DNA of 64,000 nucleotides, taken from IMG/VR virus record IMGVR_UViG_3300021138_000002, positions 1-64,000 of that record; one strand, written 5' to 3'. The number at the start of each line of letters is the position of its first letter. Within the stretch, counting starts at the first letter, position 1. The notes beneath the pieces were generated by a model. It was not told the origin of the DNA. It was given only the letters and a program-made list of their open reading frames with translations, and ran no database searches. The position numbers and the translations under genes were made by a program. Of the stretch, positions 18,476 through 27,327 are shown in pieces. The DNA comes from a virus.

Positions 18476-19811
18476 ACCAATCTTTCAAGTTAGGGAATGT
18501 TGCAACAAAATTTTTACCGCGTCTTTGATCGTACTGGGCATAAAATTGACCAAAGTCGTTTAGCAACCGGTCATGATCAAAGGCCTCACTGTGTGGAGTT
18601 TTGACCACGTCCAAATAGTCTATTAGTCGTTGCACATGATTGCGTTCGTGTTCGTGCATCATGGAATCTTGACCCCATTGATCCAACCATTGTTGCAATC
18701 GATGTCGATGTTGATCACGCACATGCTCGGGCAAGACCAAGACGCTTTGGAAACTAGGGAAACGCAAGATGTTCAATGTAAAATTGGGAAACTCTGAACC
18801 GTATTCGTGTTTCCATCGCATAAACACAGTCAATAAATCCGGCAACGAATCCAAACACAAGGCATTTATGGTACACATAACGTGTAGGCCACGCAACTGA
18901 CCGCTGGTGATCAAGCGTGTCATGTTCTGTACCCATAACGAATAATCCAGTCCATCGCGTATGTATTCGGCCTGCGGCCCTACACTTTCCATACTGGTGT
19001 ATAGATCTAGCGGTATGTCTTGAGTCGCAGACAGCAGTCGGTCCAGATCCACTCCGGGGCCCAAATTGCTATTGATGGCCAATCTTGTTTGACTGCGTCC
19101 GGGATTGTCGCGGAACCAATCCAGCAATTTCCAGGTGTCACCGCTCATGAGTGGTTCACCACCAGTGATCCTTAGTTCTTGTAGTGTTTGGTGTAGGTCT
19201 GACTCCCACCACCGGAAGAATGCTTCCACGTACGGATTTGTTTCGCCAAAGCGGTATAGTTGACTATGATCGTGAGCATGAGTAAAGTGGCCACGCCCAT
19301 CGGACACCAGATTGACATAGGCACCGTGCTGTCGTATGTCGCGAACCCATGTGCTACTGAAAGCAGGGTTACAATAGCTACAAGCCAATTGGCAAGTACG
19401 GTCAAACGCGATTTCCAAGGTGCGTAGGTTGATGTCTTGATCTGCGGGTGTGTGGTATGCATGTGATAAATCCTCCAGGGTATAAATTTTACTCTTGTAC
19501 ACACGGTCACTGATGTTGTCACGTCCGATGTCTTCTATTTTCCAACAGTATTCGCAACCACTGGGTCGTTCGCCCTGTTGCATCTGTACCCGTTCGTGTT
19601 TTTTTCTTGGCGTGTTGTGCAAAGCACTGGGATTGGTTTTGATCGCTTCGGGATCAATCGCGTGCGGTAGCGGATGATGGCAACTGGTAGTCTGGCCGGA
19701 TCCCAACCATATGGTGGCATTGTACCATTTGGCAGCACAGAAGCTGGCACTTTTGGTATCCAACACCTGCTGACGGAATTCCAAATCTGTCAATGTGTTA
19801 GGCTTTGACAT
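18456..19811 (-). CDS. Radical SAM enzyme with N-terminal Twitch-like domain (type B); start reassigned to 19811
   Basis: CAAKW...SCHH...CEYC, then CQLACSYC, GGEP; AAGGA RBS before MSKPNT. Confidence 0.92.
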   Translation of the reverse strand: MSKPNTLTDLEFRQQVLDTKSASFCAAKWYNATIWLGSGQTTSCHHPLPHAIDPEAIKTNPSALHNTPRKKHERVQMQQGERPSGCEYCWKIEDIGRDNISDRVYKSKIYTLEDLSHAYHTPADQDINLRTLEIAFDRTCQLACSYCNPAFSSTWVRDIRQHGAYVNLVSDGRGHFTHAHDHSQLYRFGETNPYVEAFFRWWESDLHQTLQELRITGGEPLMSGDTWKLLDWFRDNPGRSQTRLAINSNLGPGVDLDRLLSATQDIPLDLYTSMESVGPQAEYIRDGLDYSLWVQNMTRLITSGQLRGLHVMCTINALCLDSLPDLLTVFMRWKHEYGSEFPNFTLNILRFPSFQSVLVLPEHVRDQHRHRLQQWLDQWGQDSMMHEHERNHVQRLIDYLDVVKTPHSEAFDHDRLLNDFGQFYAQYDQRRGKNFVATFPNLKDWYESIQL

Positions 19812-20523
19812 TTTGCGTTTCCTTGACAACAATATCGGCCCACAATTTTCCTGCTCGTGAATCAGGATGAATACCATCCTGTGCAAAAAAATCGCGATCT
19901 CTAGCCAGCTCAAAAATTCCATTCTTTGCAGTGTCGGCAAATATAAATTTGTCAAAATCAATTTGATTTACCAAGGCATCTAGACCTAGATTTTTAACAC
20001 TGGGGTACTCTTTTCCGTTTTCGAAATAGTTGTCATTCCAGTAATTCATAAAACTCATAAATCTATAATCGATATTTTTTGATTTCAACCATGCTTGTAA
20101 TTTCAACATGTTCAATAGGGACTCGAATACCAATTCTAACAATCCGCCAAATTTCACAATCGGTTTGCTTATGTCCGACATTGGAAAGACAGGATTATCT
20201 CCAACGCCACAGTGTCCGTAATGTATTCCCAATTCGTTTGTGTTTCTAAATTGCCAAAATTGTTGCCAGGTCAATTGATTGATTGGCCGGTCAATCCGAG
20301 TCAGTCCGCTCCACATTATCAATACCAAATCATAATCGTGTTTTATGCTGTTTACCATGGTAGAATCACATATCCATTGATTGCCTGCGGCATGACTGGC
20401 TATGTTTGTTATTGACCAATTGTCAGGCAGATGCTCGGGCCAATTTTTGCAGTCCGAATCAGCAGTAAAACTGCAACCGTTAATTAAAACTCGTTTGTTA
20501 CGATAGGATCCTGAATTGGTCAT
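19798..20523 (-). CDS. SGNH/GDSL-fold protein
   Basis: INGCSFT, NIASHAAGN, DGIHP. Confidence 0.75.
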   Translation of the reverse strand: MTNSGSYRNKRVLINGCSFTADSDCKNWPEHLPDNWSITNIASHAAGNQWICDSTMVNSIKHDYDLVLIMWSGLTRIDRPINQLTWQQFWQFRNTNELGIHYGHCGVGDNPVFPMSDISKPIVKFGGLLELVFESLLNMLKLQAWLKSKNIDYRFMSFMNYWNDNYFENGKEYPSVKNLGLDALVNQIDFDKFIFADTAKNGIFELARDRDFFAQDGIHPDSRAGKLWADIVVKETQNVKA

Positions 20524-21692
20524 TGATGTTTTATTAAAAAATTATGCAACTGATCTGAGAAATCGGCCGGACTTTGTTGAGCCAAGTCAGCATAGTGTTG
20601 TTGATTGTATTTACATATATTATAACACTCTGCAAGGAATTGGTCAAGATCTTGTTCACATAGATCTTCAACTATTTTGGCAATACGTTCAATGCGTGCT
20701 TGACTACATTCGATACTGTCAAAACTTTCATCTATGATTCCGTCAAAGGTTTGAAATCCCAAATTGCGTATGTCTCGATAAAAACCCTGATTGGCCACTG
20801 CTATCCAAGGATGCCCGATCGCGATAGGTTTCCAAATTTTTTCTGTCCTAAAACTGTAAGGATAGGTAAACACCGTTTCGGTTACCAGACTAAAATAGGT
20901 ATCAACATACGATTCAAGATTTAAATAAAGTTCACCCCATTCGTTATTGAACAAATTTGTTTTTACAAAACTGTTGTCAACTGCGTGACCGACGCGTTCT
21001 CGGTAACGATCAACTTCGTATTTGGCCGGCAAGTATTGTACCGGTCTATGTGCTGTGATCAAATTTTCACCGTGATGTATCAGTTGTATGTTTACCAACT
21101 CAGGATCAATGTCAAACCAGGGTCCAGAATTTGACTGCTGGATCAAACCTATACTCTGATCCAACAAAGACCATAAACTGTGATCCAGCAATCCGGTCAA
21201 TCTAAATTGTTCTAACAAATATTTTCTATGCGACCGTCCGCGACCATTTAAAAATAAAAATTTATAAGGCTTGTTGTGCTTGGTAAAAATTGTGTCGCTT
21301 TGAGCAATAGCCTGTTGGTTATGCTCACAATAATGGATTTTGGGCAAAAAGAATTCATGCTGTATATGTATCCACCGAGGATGCATGTCTCCGCCACTGA
21401 TCAACAGCACTTGACCTGACTGAATCAAATCAGCCAGCCCCCATCGCAGGCACATGGTCAACAGAGTCTCGCTACCTTCCTCGGGTATGCTCAACACTAT
21501 CTTTGCGCCAGCGTGTGCTAGATCTTTTATTAGAGCATTGTTTTCCACCACAGTCTGACGACAAACCACATAGATTGCATTTGTGTCACGGGTGGCTGTG
21601 CCAAGATTCCAAAATTCTTCGTCGATCCAGGCTTTCAAGCAATCACTTACTCCTGAATGAGTATCAACTATGAGTCTACGATTGCCTAGCAT
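20520..21692 (-). CDS. Putative glycosyltransferase with GT10-like 'TEK' motif
   Basis: KFLFLNGRGRSHR, FSLVTETVF...RTEKIWKPIAIGHPW...GFQTFDGIIDESFD. Start 21692 or 21719. Confidence 0.6.
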   Translation of the reverse strand: MLGNRRLIVDTHSGVSDCLKAWIDEEFWNLGTATRDTNAIYVVCRQTVVENNALIKDLAHAGAKIVLSIPEEGSETLLTMCLRWGLADLIQSGQVLLISGGDMHPRWIHIQHEFFLPKIHYCEHNQQAIAQSDTIFTKHNKPYKFLFLNGRGRSHRKYLLEQFRLTGLLDHSLWSLLDQSIGLIQQSNSGPWFDIDPELVNIQLIHHGENLITAHRPVQYLPAKYEVDRYRERVGHAVDNSFVKTNLFNNEWGELYLNLESYVDTYFSLVTETVFTYPYSFRTEKIWKPIAIGHPWIAVANQGFYRDIRNLGFQTFDGIIDESFDSIECSQARIERIAKIVEDLCEQDLDQFLAECYNICKYNQQHYADLAQQSPADFSDQLHNFLIKHQ

Positions 21693-23091
21693 GATACTCG
21701 CATTCATGCCACCAGGCACTCATTTCAGGAAATGTTTTTAAAAAATCAGTGTTGCGCCTGCGGTCGTGTTCGTTGAAAAATCTATAAAAGTCGGCTTTGT
21801 TTTGGTTCAGGTATTGAATATCCAACTGTTGTCCAGCACGCATCCAGGCAATGTCTCGATCCAGTCTTGCCAGTTCATAATCTTTGAATCCTTGGAATCT
21901 GGTTTTGGGAGTTTCCAACTGTTTCATCATCCAGACCCAGATCTGTTCCAATTGATCACAATAGCTTTCGGGTAAAAGTTGTAGACTTTGCCAAGCGGGC
22001 TGTCTGAGTATTGGAGTATCAAACCACACACGCTGATAGGTAGTACTATAAAGTTTCCTAAGTCCCAATATGCCAGCCATGAGACTGCCAAATCCGGTCA
22101 CCGAAAGATTGTTCATGGTCACGATAAATGTGACACTATTGCGTCCGGGTATCTCGGTCAGGAATTGATTGACTCGATCCCATAGCAAGTTGAAATCCAA
22201 GCCGTGTCTGACATATTCGGCCTGTGTGCCCCACGAGTCCAGACTCACATACTGCATAAAGTGTTCGATCTGTTCACCTTCGCACAACTGTTTTACATAG
22301 CTCTTGTACTTTTGCCACGAGCGTTCGTCTACACTGAAGTTTGACGTCACGTTCAAATGCAAGTTGGGCTTGGGGTTGGCCAACACATAATCAAACACTC
22401 GATAGGTGTTTTTGTCCAACAAAGGTTCACCACCGGTCATCCTGAAGTGTTTGAGTTCCGGATACAGAGTGGGCCACCATGACCAAAATGCTTCTACGTA
22501 GGGATTGTGTTCGCGGGCAGGAATAGGCCTATTACGACCGGTAAAATGACCAGGATCATTATGAGTACGGCTAGTAGGATATCCACCATGACTGTCCACT
22601 TCCTGTTGCCAGGTACTGCTAAACTGTGGACTACAATAACTGCAAGCAAGATTACAAACATGATTAAAATTAACTTCAACATAGCTAGGAACAACATCTT
22701 CGTCTCCAGTGGAATTTGCGATAACGTGATAGTCTTTGCTGGCCCAAGGTTCGCCCGACCTGTAATGACGATCACTCAGCTTGCCAGCGTCCTCCATGGT
22801 CCAACAGTAAGAGCATTCACCAGGACGCTCTTGTGTAAGCATAATCTTACGTTGAGTTTTTTTGTATGGTGTGTTATGCAGTGCAGATGGATTGTCAGCC
22901 AATAGTTCTGCTGGTATAGCATGCAAGGGCGGGTGATAACAACTGTTGTTAAGACCAGTAGGTAGGTGTAAACTGACCTGTTTCCATTTGGCTAGACAAA
23001 GTGCAGGCCCTAGCGCCTCTTTCATGTGTTCGGCACTGCTTAAAAATCGTGATTTGAAGTCGGTCGAAACTTCGTCGCCTTTGTTTACCAA
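21676..23091 (-). CDS. Radical SAM enzyme with N-terminal Twitch-like domain (type B)
   Basis: CLAKW...SCYHP...CSYC, then CNLACSYC, GGEP; TTG start with AGGAG upstream. Confidence 0.92.
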   Translation of the reverse strand: MVNKGDEVSTDFKSRFLSSAEHMKEALGPALCLAKWKQVSLHLPTGLNNSCYHPPLHAIPAELLADNPSALHNTPYKKTQRKIMLTQERPGECSYCWTMEDAGKLSDRHYRSGEPWASKDYHVIANSTGDEDVVPSYVEVNFNHVCNLACSYCSPQFSSTWQQEVDSHGGYPTSRTHNDPGHFTGRNRPIPAREHNPYVEAFWSWWPTLYPELKHFRMTGGEPLLDKNTYRVFDYVLANPKPNLHLNVTSNFSVDERSWQKYKSYVKQLCEGEQIEHFMQYVSLDSWGTQAEYVRHGLDFNLLWDRVNQFLTEIPGRNSVTFIVTMNNLSVTGFGSLMAGILGLRKLYSTTYQRVWFDTPILRQPAWQSLQLLPESYCDQLEQIWVWMMKQLETPKTRFQGFKDYELARLDRDIAWMRAGQQLDIQYLNQNKADFYRFFNEHDRRRNTDFLKTFPEMSAWWHECEYHARQS

Positions 23092-24011
23092 CCTTCTTGA
23101 CTCCTGATCACATCAATTTCTCTGGTCATGACGCCACGGTTGTGCCAGTTAGATCGATAGTGATGTTTGAAGAATCGGCTGGATTCAGCATCCATCACAG
23201 TTATTGGCAGATCCAGCTGTCGATGTAGGTCTTCGGCCACACGACCTGCTAGTATTTCAGGATTATGACCGTCTACGGTTTTGTACAGTTCGGCCAAGGC
23301 ATCAAAATCTTGTACCTGCTGATAATCCCATGCAGTCAACATGGTCATGTAAGTGCCCATCCTACTACCGGCGATGGCCCAGATACCGTGCTCGACATCG
23401 CGACCCACATTGTGCCATATAGTCAAATGATCGAGATTTCTTTGATGTACCTGTCGTTTGAAATCTGATAAAGAGGGTCTTGCTCCTTGATTGAGACACA
23501 TTTTTACACCTTCTCTGAATCCGGCACGCCAGGCATGGAATTCTGATCCGTTAGGGTATGTGGTTGAATAACAGTCGTGCATGGCCCAGTAAAGTGGATC
23601 AAAACAAAATTCCACTTGGGTTTCGGTCCGACCGTCGGTGGCTTCGTGTGTACGCATGTTGTTGGCAAATGTCTTGGTCCACGAACTTAAACCACCGTTG
23701 CCGTACATGAGTCCGTTGATATGATTTCTGGCACGCCAGCGGAACACAGCTGATTCCCATTGCTCATCCGGCAACTCCAGGGTAAGATTGAAAAAACGTT
23801 CGTCGGGCATGTTGTCGCCATCGATCAAGATGAATCGTTCGGTAGTGCTGGCCTCGGCTGCGGCCTTGTGTGCAGAATCGCTTCCTTTTACCCCGTCCAC
23901 ACGCTGTGCCCAAGGAATCATGTTGCGAATACGGACCCACGTTTCTTCTCGATCGGGCTCGTCGTAGGTGAGGTAAATGCAGTCTAAATCGGCTATATCA
24001 ATATGTTTCAC
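23085..24011 (-). CDS. Glycosyltransferase-like protein, GT-A fold
   Basis: YLTYDEP, RVDGVKGSDSAHKAAA, ILIDGDN (DxD), INGLMYGNGG, AWRAGFREGVKM. Confidence 0.7.
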   Translation of the reverse strand: MKHIDIADLDCIYLTYDEPDREETWVRIRNMIPWAQRVDGVKGSDSAHKAAAEASTTERFILIDGDNMPDERFFNLTLELPDEQWESAVFRWRARNHINGLMYGNGGLSSWTKTFANNMRTHEATDGRTETQVEFCFDPLYWAMHDCYSTTYPNGSEFHAWRAGFREGVKMCLNQGARPSLSDFKRQVHQRNLDHLTIWHNVGRDVEHGIWAIAGSRMGTYMTMLTAWDYQQVQDFDALAELYKTVDGHNPEILAGRVAEDLHRQLDLPITVMDAESSRFFKHHYRSNWHNRGVMTREIDVIRSQEGW

Positions 24012-24357
24012 GGTGTTTCACACTCCATTTGGTATTTGGTTGATCATGCTCTACTACCACACATACATTGTTAGGACTGCAGGTGATTCCTGAATCGGAC
24101 GGAACCAATTTGGAGATCAGTACAGGTGGTCGTATTTTTACGATTTTTCCGTCGACGATGCGTATGTTCCAGTCCGGTAAGGAGAACGTTGCAGCATCCA
24201 CTTCAATATAGTTACCTGGCAAGTCGTCTGCCGAATAACTTAGTGGTCGGCCTTGTTCGTCATAGTAGATACGATAACTGGGTTTTTTGACCGGAGACGG
24301 ATTGCCGAAAACTTCGGCCATGGCTGTTAAAAAATTTTCTGTAGTTTGGTCAAGCAT
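23998..24357 (-). CDS. Hypothetical protein
   Basis: 119-aa ORF overlapping both neighbours in the operon. Confidence 0.75.
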   Translation of the reverse strand: MLDQTTENFLTAMAEVFGNPSPVKKPSYRIYYDEQGRPLSYSADDLPGNYIEVDAATFSLPDWNIRIVDGKIVKIRPPVLISKLVPSDSGITCSPNNVCVVVEHDQPNTKWSVKHRETY

Positions 24358-25129
24358 TGATACGCCAATCTTTTATGTGATAGTGTATGGCACCCCATTG
24401 TGCCACAGTGTTTATTCTAAGACCCAAGTCGCCGAATTCCCATACCAATTCCTGTGTCCAATCGTCGGTCTGTGTTTTTAAAATGTGCTGTTTCATGTGT
24501 ACTATCGTGGGGCCCAATCCAGCCGGCAAAGTCACCTGTTCGGGGCCCATGATCACAGCGGCCATGGCATAGACCACATCAGTTGATGGCGATTCATCAG
24601 GCAGTTTGAGCAGTCTGCTGTAGTCGGCCCAGTGCTCGAATATGTTGCGAACAAGAGCAAAAAATTCTTGTGCTGTGCGACTTCGACGCCAGTAGGTGAT
24701 GGCATTGTAAACATCAGGTAGATTGTTGTCATCAAACAGGCGACGATAATATCTAGATACTGCTGGCTGATCATAGATGTCTCTACAGCCTTGGCTGATC
24801 ACAACATCTCGTAGTTCAAACAGGGTCCACCAATGATCGATTGGACCTGCTACTACCATGTCGGCTTCGAGCTTGATTGTTTGTCTGTAAGGTGTGGCAT
24901 CAAAACACTGCCAGTCGTTGGCATATCCGCCCAGATCGCCATGCGGCAAAGGAATCACATGATCAAATACTGGATCACTGCATCTACGCACAGTCAACGT
25001 AGCAATGTTAGCATCAGGATGCCAACGGCGAATAGATCGAGCCAGTTGGATGGCACAACTCAGGTAGTCCACATCGTCTGTGTCAATGGCCGGTATTAGA
25101 TAACCGCGTTCAGCAAGTACTGGCAACAA
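24350..25129 (-). CDS. Putative glycosyltransferase (GT8-like GT-A), ExD variant
   Basis: DYLSCAIQLARSIR, TPYRQTIKLEADM, PDVYNAITYW, STDVVYA, IVHMK; paralog of the next gene. Confidence 0.65.
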   Translation of the reverse strand: MLPVLAERGYLIPAIDTDDVDYLSCAIQLARSIRRWHPDANIATLTVRRCSDPVFDHVIPLPHGDLGGYANDWQCFDATPYRQTIKLEADMVVAGPIDHWWTLFELRDVVISQGCRDIYDQPAVSRYYRRLFDDNNLPDVYNAITYWRRSRTAQEFFALVRNIFEHWADYSRLLKLPDESPSTDVVYAMAAVIMGPEQVTLPAGLGPTIVHMKQHILKTQTDDWTQELVWEFGDLGLRINTVAQWGAIHYHIKDWRINA

Positions 25130-25913
25130 TGTCTCCTAGATGTCGTTTGCCCATGGCATGGAAATCTTGATTTATCGAAATCCATCTGGATTGTCCATGT
25201 CCGTTGGTGTAATCAACGCGGTATTGATCCTGACCAATTTGTGTCACACAGGGTGCCGGAGTCACCGTGGCCAACGACCACGGAATAACTGGCCAATCCA
25301 GCAGTTGTCCGTTCACCACAAGCTGTGCAATAGTGAGAGCATAGTCATTGCGATAGGTCGAAGGTGTGATACCATAAAGATTTCGATAGTGGCTCCAGTT
25401 GGTTTTTATCATTTGCATGGTGTCAAAGATCAATTCGGCCTGTCGGCTGCGATTGAAGTACATCACAGTGGCCCAGCTCATGGGCACGTGATATTGTCCA
25501 AATGTGTTGTTGGCCCGGAACGGCTCGGCTCCGGTAATGTCATGGGCTCGATCATGTGCTAGAAAATCTTGTCCGCTTTCAAACAATACCGACAACTGGT
25601 CTGATGCTACCACATAATCAGCATCCAGTACCAGAGTCTGATCCCACGGGCTTAACCGATAAGCATCCATGCGATTTTTATTGTACCAGGTCACACTGTC
25701 TTCAAAGTCTACGAAGTATCTGTGGTATTCGCTGTGCTTTTCAGTGCGTATGACTTGATCAAATTCGTAATGACCAGGTAAATCGGTTGCATCTGTAATT
25801 AGACATACCGGAAGATTCAAGTGCCTGTGTATGTTGCCAGCTGACCAAGCTGCCAGAGCCACATAGTCAATCAACTCATTGTTGTAGGCAAAGATAACAA
25901 TTCCAGAAGTCAT
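25110..25913 (-). CDS. Putative glycosyltransferase (GT8-like GT-A)
   Basis: DYVALA, SPWDQTLVLDADY (DxD), WATVMYF, YRNDYA, DFHAMGK. Confidence 0.7.
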   Translation of the reverse strand: MTSGIVIFAYNNELIDYVALAAWSAGNIHRHLNLPVCLITDATDLPGHYEFDQVIRTEKHSEYHRYFVDFEDSVTWYNKNRMDAYRLSPWDQTLVLDADYVVASDQLSVLFESGQDFLAHDRAHDITGAEPFRANNTFGQYHVPMSWATVMYFNRSRQAELIFDTMQMIKTNWSHYRNLYGITPSTYRNDYALTIAQLVVNGQLLDWPVIPWSLATVTPAPCVTQIGQDQYRVDYTNGHGQSRWISINQDFHAMGKRHLGDIVASTC

Positions 25914-26218
25914 CTGTTTTGGTTCAACCCTTCGTATTCGATTAACCAGGCGTTCATTTGTTCTTGCCAGCGTTGACTGGCCAACTCACGCAGTTCTTTG
26001 GGTACCACTCGCACTGGATTATGGTACAGGTCCAGGATCACCTGTGGCGTGTCAGGGTTGCAGACGTGCAACACAGTCAGCAGTTCGGGACCGGCCTGCC
26101 ACATGCCACCTGCGTGGGCAAAGGTCAATTTGGCCTGATATTTTTCTTGGAGAGTTTTTCGTGCTATTGCATGATCAAAACGGGCACGACCGTGAGCTAC
26201 AAGTTCATCAGTGTTCAT
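25910..26218 (-). CDS. Hypothetical protein, first gene of the - strand modification operon
   Basis: 102-aa ORF, ATGA overlap with the next gene, promoter directly upstream. Confidence 0.8.
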   Translation of the reverse strand: MNTDELVAHGRARFDHAIARKTLQEKYQAKLTFAHAGGMWQAGPELLTVLHVCNPDTPQVILDLYHNPVRVVPKELRELASQRWQEQMNAWLIEYEGLNQNR

Positions 26219-26224
26219 AGTTCT

Positions 26225-26253
26225 ATTATACTAGAAAAAAGTCTAGCAGTAAA
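26225..26253 (-). promoter_or_regulatory. Sigma70-type promoter TTTACT-17-TATAAT, probably leaderless, heading the ~16 kb operon 26218->10531
   Basis: - strand: TTTACT gctagacttttttctag TATAAT agaact ATG. Confidence 0.7.
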
Positions 26254-26280
26254 GAGATTTTTGGTCCAAACCGCCGTGAA

Positions 26281-27186
26281 TTACGCTACAGAAGCACTGA
26301 GAGTAGGTGTGCCCCAGGTGTTGCTGATATAGGTAGTCTCAGGCGGATAATAACTGATAGCAGTTACCGCGCCAGCAGATATTGATTGATTTTCGCTAGG
26401 TGTTGGTTGAGCTGCTGCGTACCATTGGGTTGAAAATGCTACGTTGTTGCCACTCTTAAATGCATACACAACAATATAGTCACCGCCATAAGGATAAGTG
26501 GAACTGTATTGTAGGAATATCTGTTGAGGAGTCCCAGTCAATTGAGCATATCCAATGGTAGTAGCTAGGGTACTAGGCGTTCCGCTTCCACCTTGCTTGG
26601 TAGTACCTGTGTATGTAGTAGTAGCAATAACTTTTGAAGTGCCAGTACTGGTAAATGTAATTTGATTACAGGCAGCGGCCAGTGCGTTCCATGTTGCGTC
26701 AGCCGGCTTGCCGGTACTGCTTTTACTGAAATTTAATAGCACTCGTCCGCCGGCATAGAAAAAATAATCTCTTGCTGCGGTACTACTAAACAGTATGGTA
26801 TTAGTAAAAGTCATAGTCCAACTGGCATTGCCAGAACCTTTGGCCGGACCTGACACAGAACCGCTGGTATTATACAAGGTGCCCGAAGCATAACAATCAT
26901 ACTGGTGACCGGTTATGTAAGTGACCGCTGTGGACAAATTAGAGATGATCGAAATTGTTGATCCGGCACTGGGACTGGCCACGCTGGGATTGGTTCCAGA
27001 TTCGTGAGTATAAGCATTGGTTATGGTACTGGCCAAAGTGCTCCATTGTGCGGCTGTCACAGTGCCGCCGGTGGATACAGATCCTATTGAGCTTTGCCCC
27101 CATAGAGTATTCCATACTCCATTCACACTTGTAGCAAATCCATTGTAATCGCTTGCTGATATTAAACTGCCCGAGCTGTATGTCAT
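26281..27186 (-). CDS. Virion structural / tail-fibre-associated protein
   Basis: 301 aa, Ser/Thr/Gly-rich, MTYSSGSLISASDYN start, ARDYFFYAGG; lies in the tail module. Confidence 0.7.
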   Translation of the reverse strand: MTYSSGSLISASDYNGFATSVNGVWNTLWGQSSIGSVSTGGTVTAAQWSTLASTITNAYTHESGTNPSVASPSAGSTISIISNLSTAVTYITGHQYDCYASGTLYNTSGSVSGPAKGSGNASWTMTFTNTILFSSTAARDYFFYAGGRVLLNFSKSSTGKPADATWNALAAACNQITFTSTGTSKVIATTTYTGTTKQGGSGTPSTLATTIGYAQLTGTPQQIFLQYSSTYPYGGDYIVVYAFKSGNNVAFSTQWYAAAQPTPSENQSISAGAVTAISYYPPETTYISNTWGTPTLSASVA

Positions 27187-27210
27187 TTTATTCTATTTCC
27201 CTTTGTATTA

Positions 27211-27305
27211 GTTGATCAATTTCAACGCTATATCTCAACGGCGTTCTATTGTAGCACAATAGTAAAGTGGTTGTTTACCACAAGCGTCATTTTTTTTAAT
27301 ATAGC
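27211..27305 (-). other. Candidate structured RNA leader (multibranch) in a 141-nt intergenic region
   Basis: Pairings GCTATAT(27227-33)/ATATAGC(27299-305), CTATTGT/ACAATAG, GTGGT/ACCAC, GTTGA/TCAAC. Confidence 0.35.
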
Positions 27306-27327
27306 CGGGTGATTTTAATCCTTCATT

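Noticed and set aside
18456-19961. ORF-track starts at 19961, 54961, 61455, 1882 and 11997
   Set aside because: They overlap upstream genes or promoters; downstream starts (19811, 55024, 61530, 2005, 11982) fit RBS, coupling or family N-termini better.
13762-23091. Assignment of the rSAMs to QueE, MoaA, NrdG or viperin
   Set aside because: No QueC/QueD/FolE/DpdA, Moa or NrdD partners in the window; sizes and the N-terminal Cys domain do not match.
10531-26218. RiPP (sactipeptide/ranthipeptide) cluster
   Set aside because: No Cys-rich precursor, PqqD/RRE domain, peptidase or transporter recognised; the neighbours are sugar-acting enzyme classes.
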